Source of the DNA: an uncultured Chloroflexia bacterium
GTDB taxonomy: Bacteria > Chloroflexota > Limnocylindria > Limnocylindrales > CSP1-4
Direction of reading: 5' to 3'
Assembly: GCA_963707215.1 (NCBI GenBank)
Contig: CAVPPB010000003.1
Coordinates: 1,152,001 to 1,216,000 of the forward strand
DNA: 64,000 nt
The translations under genes and the position numbers were made by a program. Below are positions 61,586 to 64,000 of this stretch, piece by piece. Each line of letters starts with the position of its first letter. Within the stretch, counting starts at the first letter, position 1. The notes beneath the pieces were generated by a model. The model did not search any database and was not told the DNA's origin. It saw nothing but the letters and a program-made list of their open reading frames with translations.

Positions 61586-64000
<2,415 letters not shown>

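Overview
Very GC-rich bacterial chromosomal DNA, densely coding. Gene content (zwf-opcA, many STAND/TPR class III cyclases, CxxC-x17-CxxC protein, many apparently leaderless genes) suggests a high-GC Chloroflexota or Actinomycetota-like organism; this is inference only. From left to right: 5' part of rho; an IclR-regulated catabolic operon (hydantoinase/acetone-carboxylase-like beta subunit, an alpha+gamma fusion subunit, CaiB CoA-transferase, citryl-CoA-lyase-like protein) converging on tal/fsa, an alpha/beta hydrolase and an RraA-like gene; LUD protein; pyrG; an ABC exporter/hypothetical/DMT/HAD run; psuG, an S9 peptidase and a PfkB kinase; a pentose-phosphate operon (tkt-rpiB-pgi-gnd-[AlkD-like]-zwf-opcA-pgl); a TetR operon with a clear promoter and twin operators; citrate synthase; a cNMP-binding protein facing a TPR class III cyclase with non-canonical residues; corA; MFS; a REPIN/MITE-like palindromic element; photolyase; a PNK-like kinase; an Mre11/Rad50-like pair; a zinc-ribbon gene with a structured leader; several hydrolases and transporters; a selC-selA-selB-mobA unit; and the start of a zinc-ribbon/cyclase/AAA/TPR gene. 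Many conserved genes carry frameshifts (11.8-13, 23.2-30.6, 43.5 and 47.2-49.6 kb), most likely sequencing or assembly indels. No CRISPR array, rRNA, integrase or transposase was seen. The best candidates for something undescribed are the acetone-carboxylase-like alpha-gamma fusion operon, the atypical cyclase/cNMP-receptor pair, the zinc-ribbon leader RNA, the palindromic element at 42.8 kb and a possible CTP-sensing pyrG leader. All assignments are by eye, without database searches.
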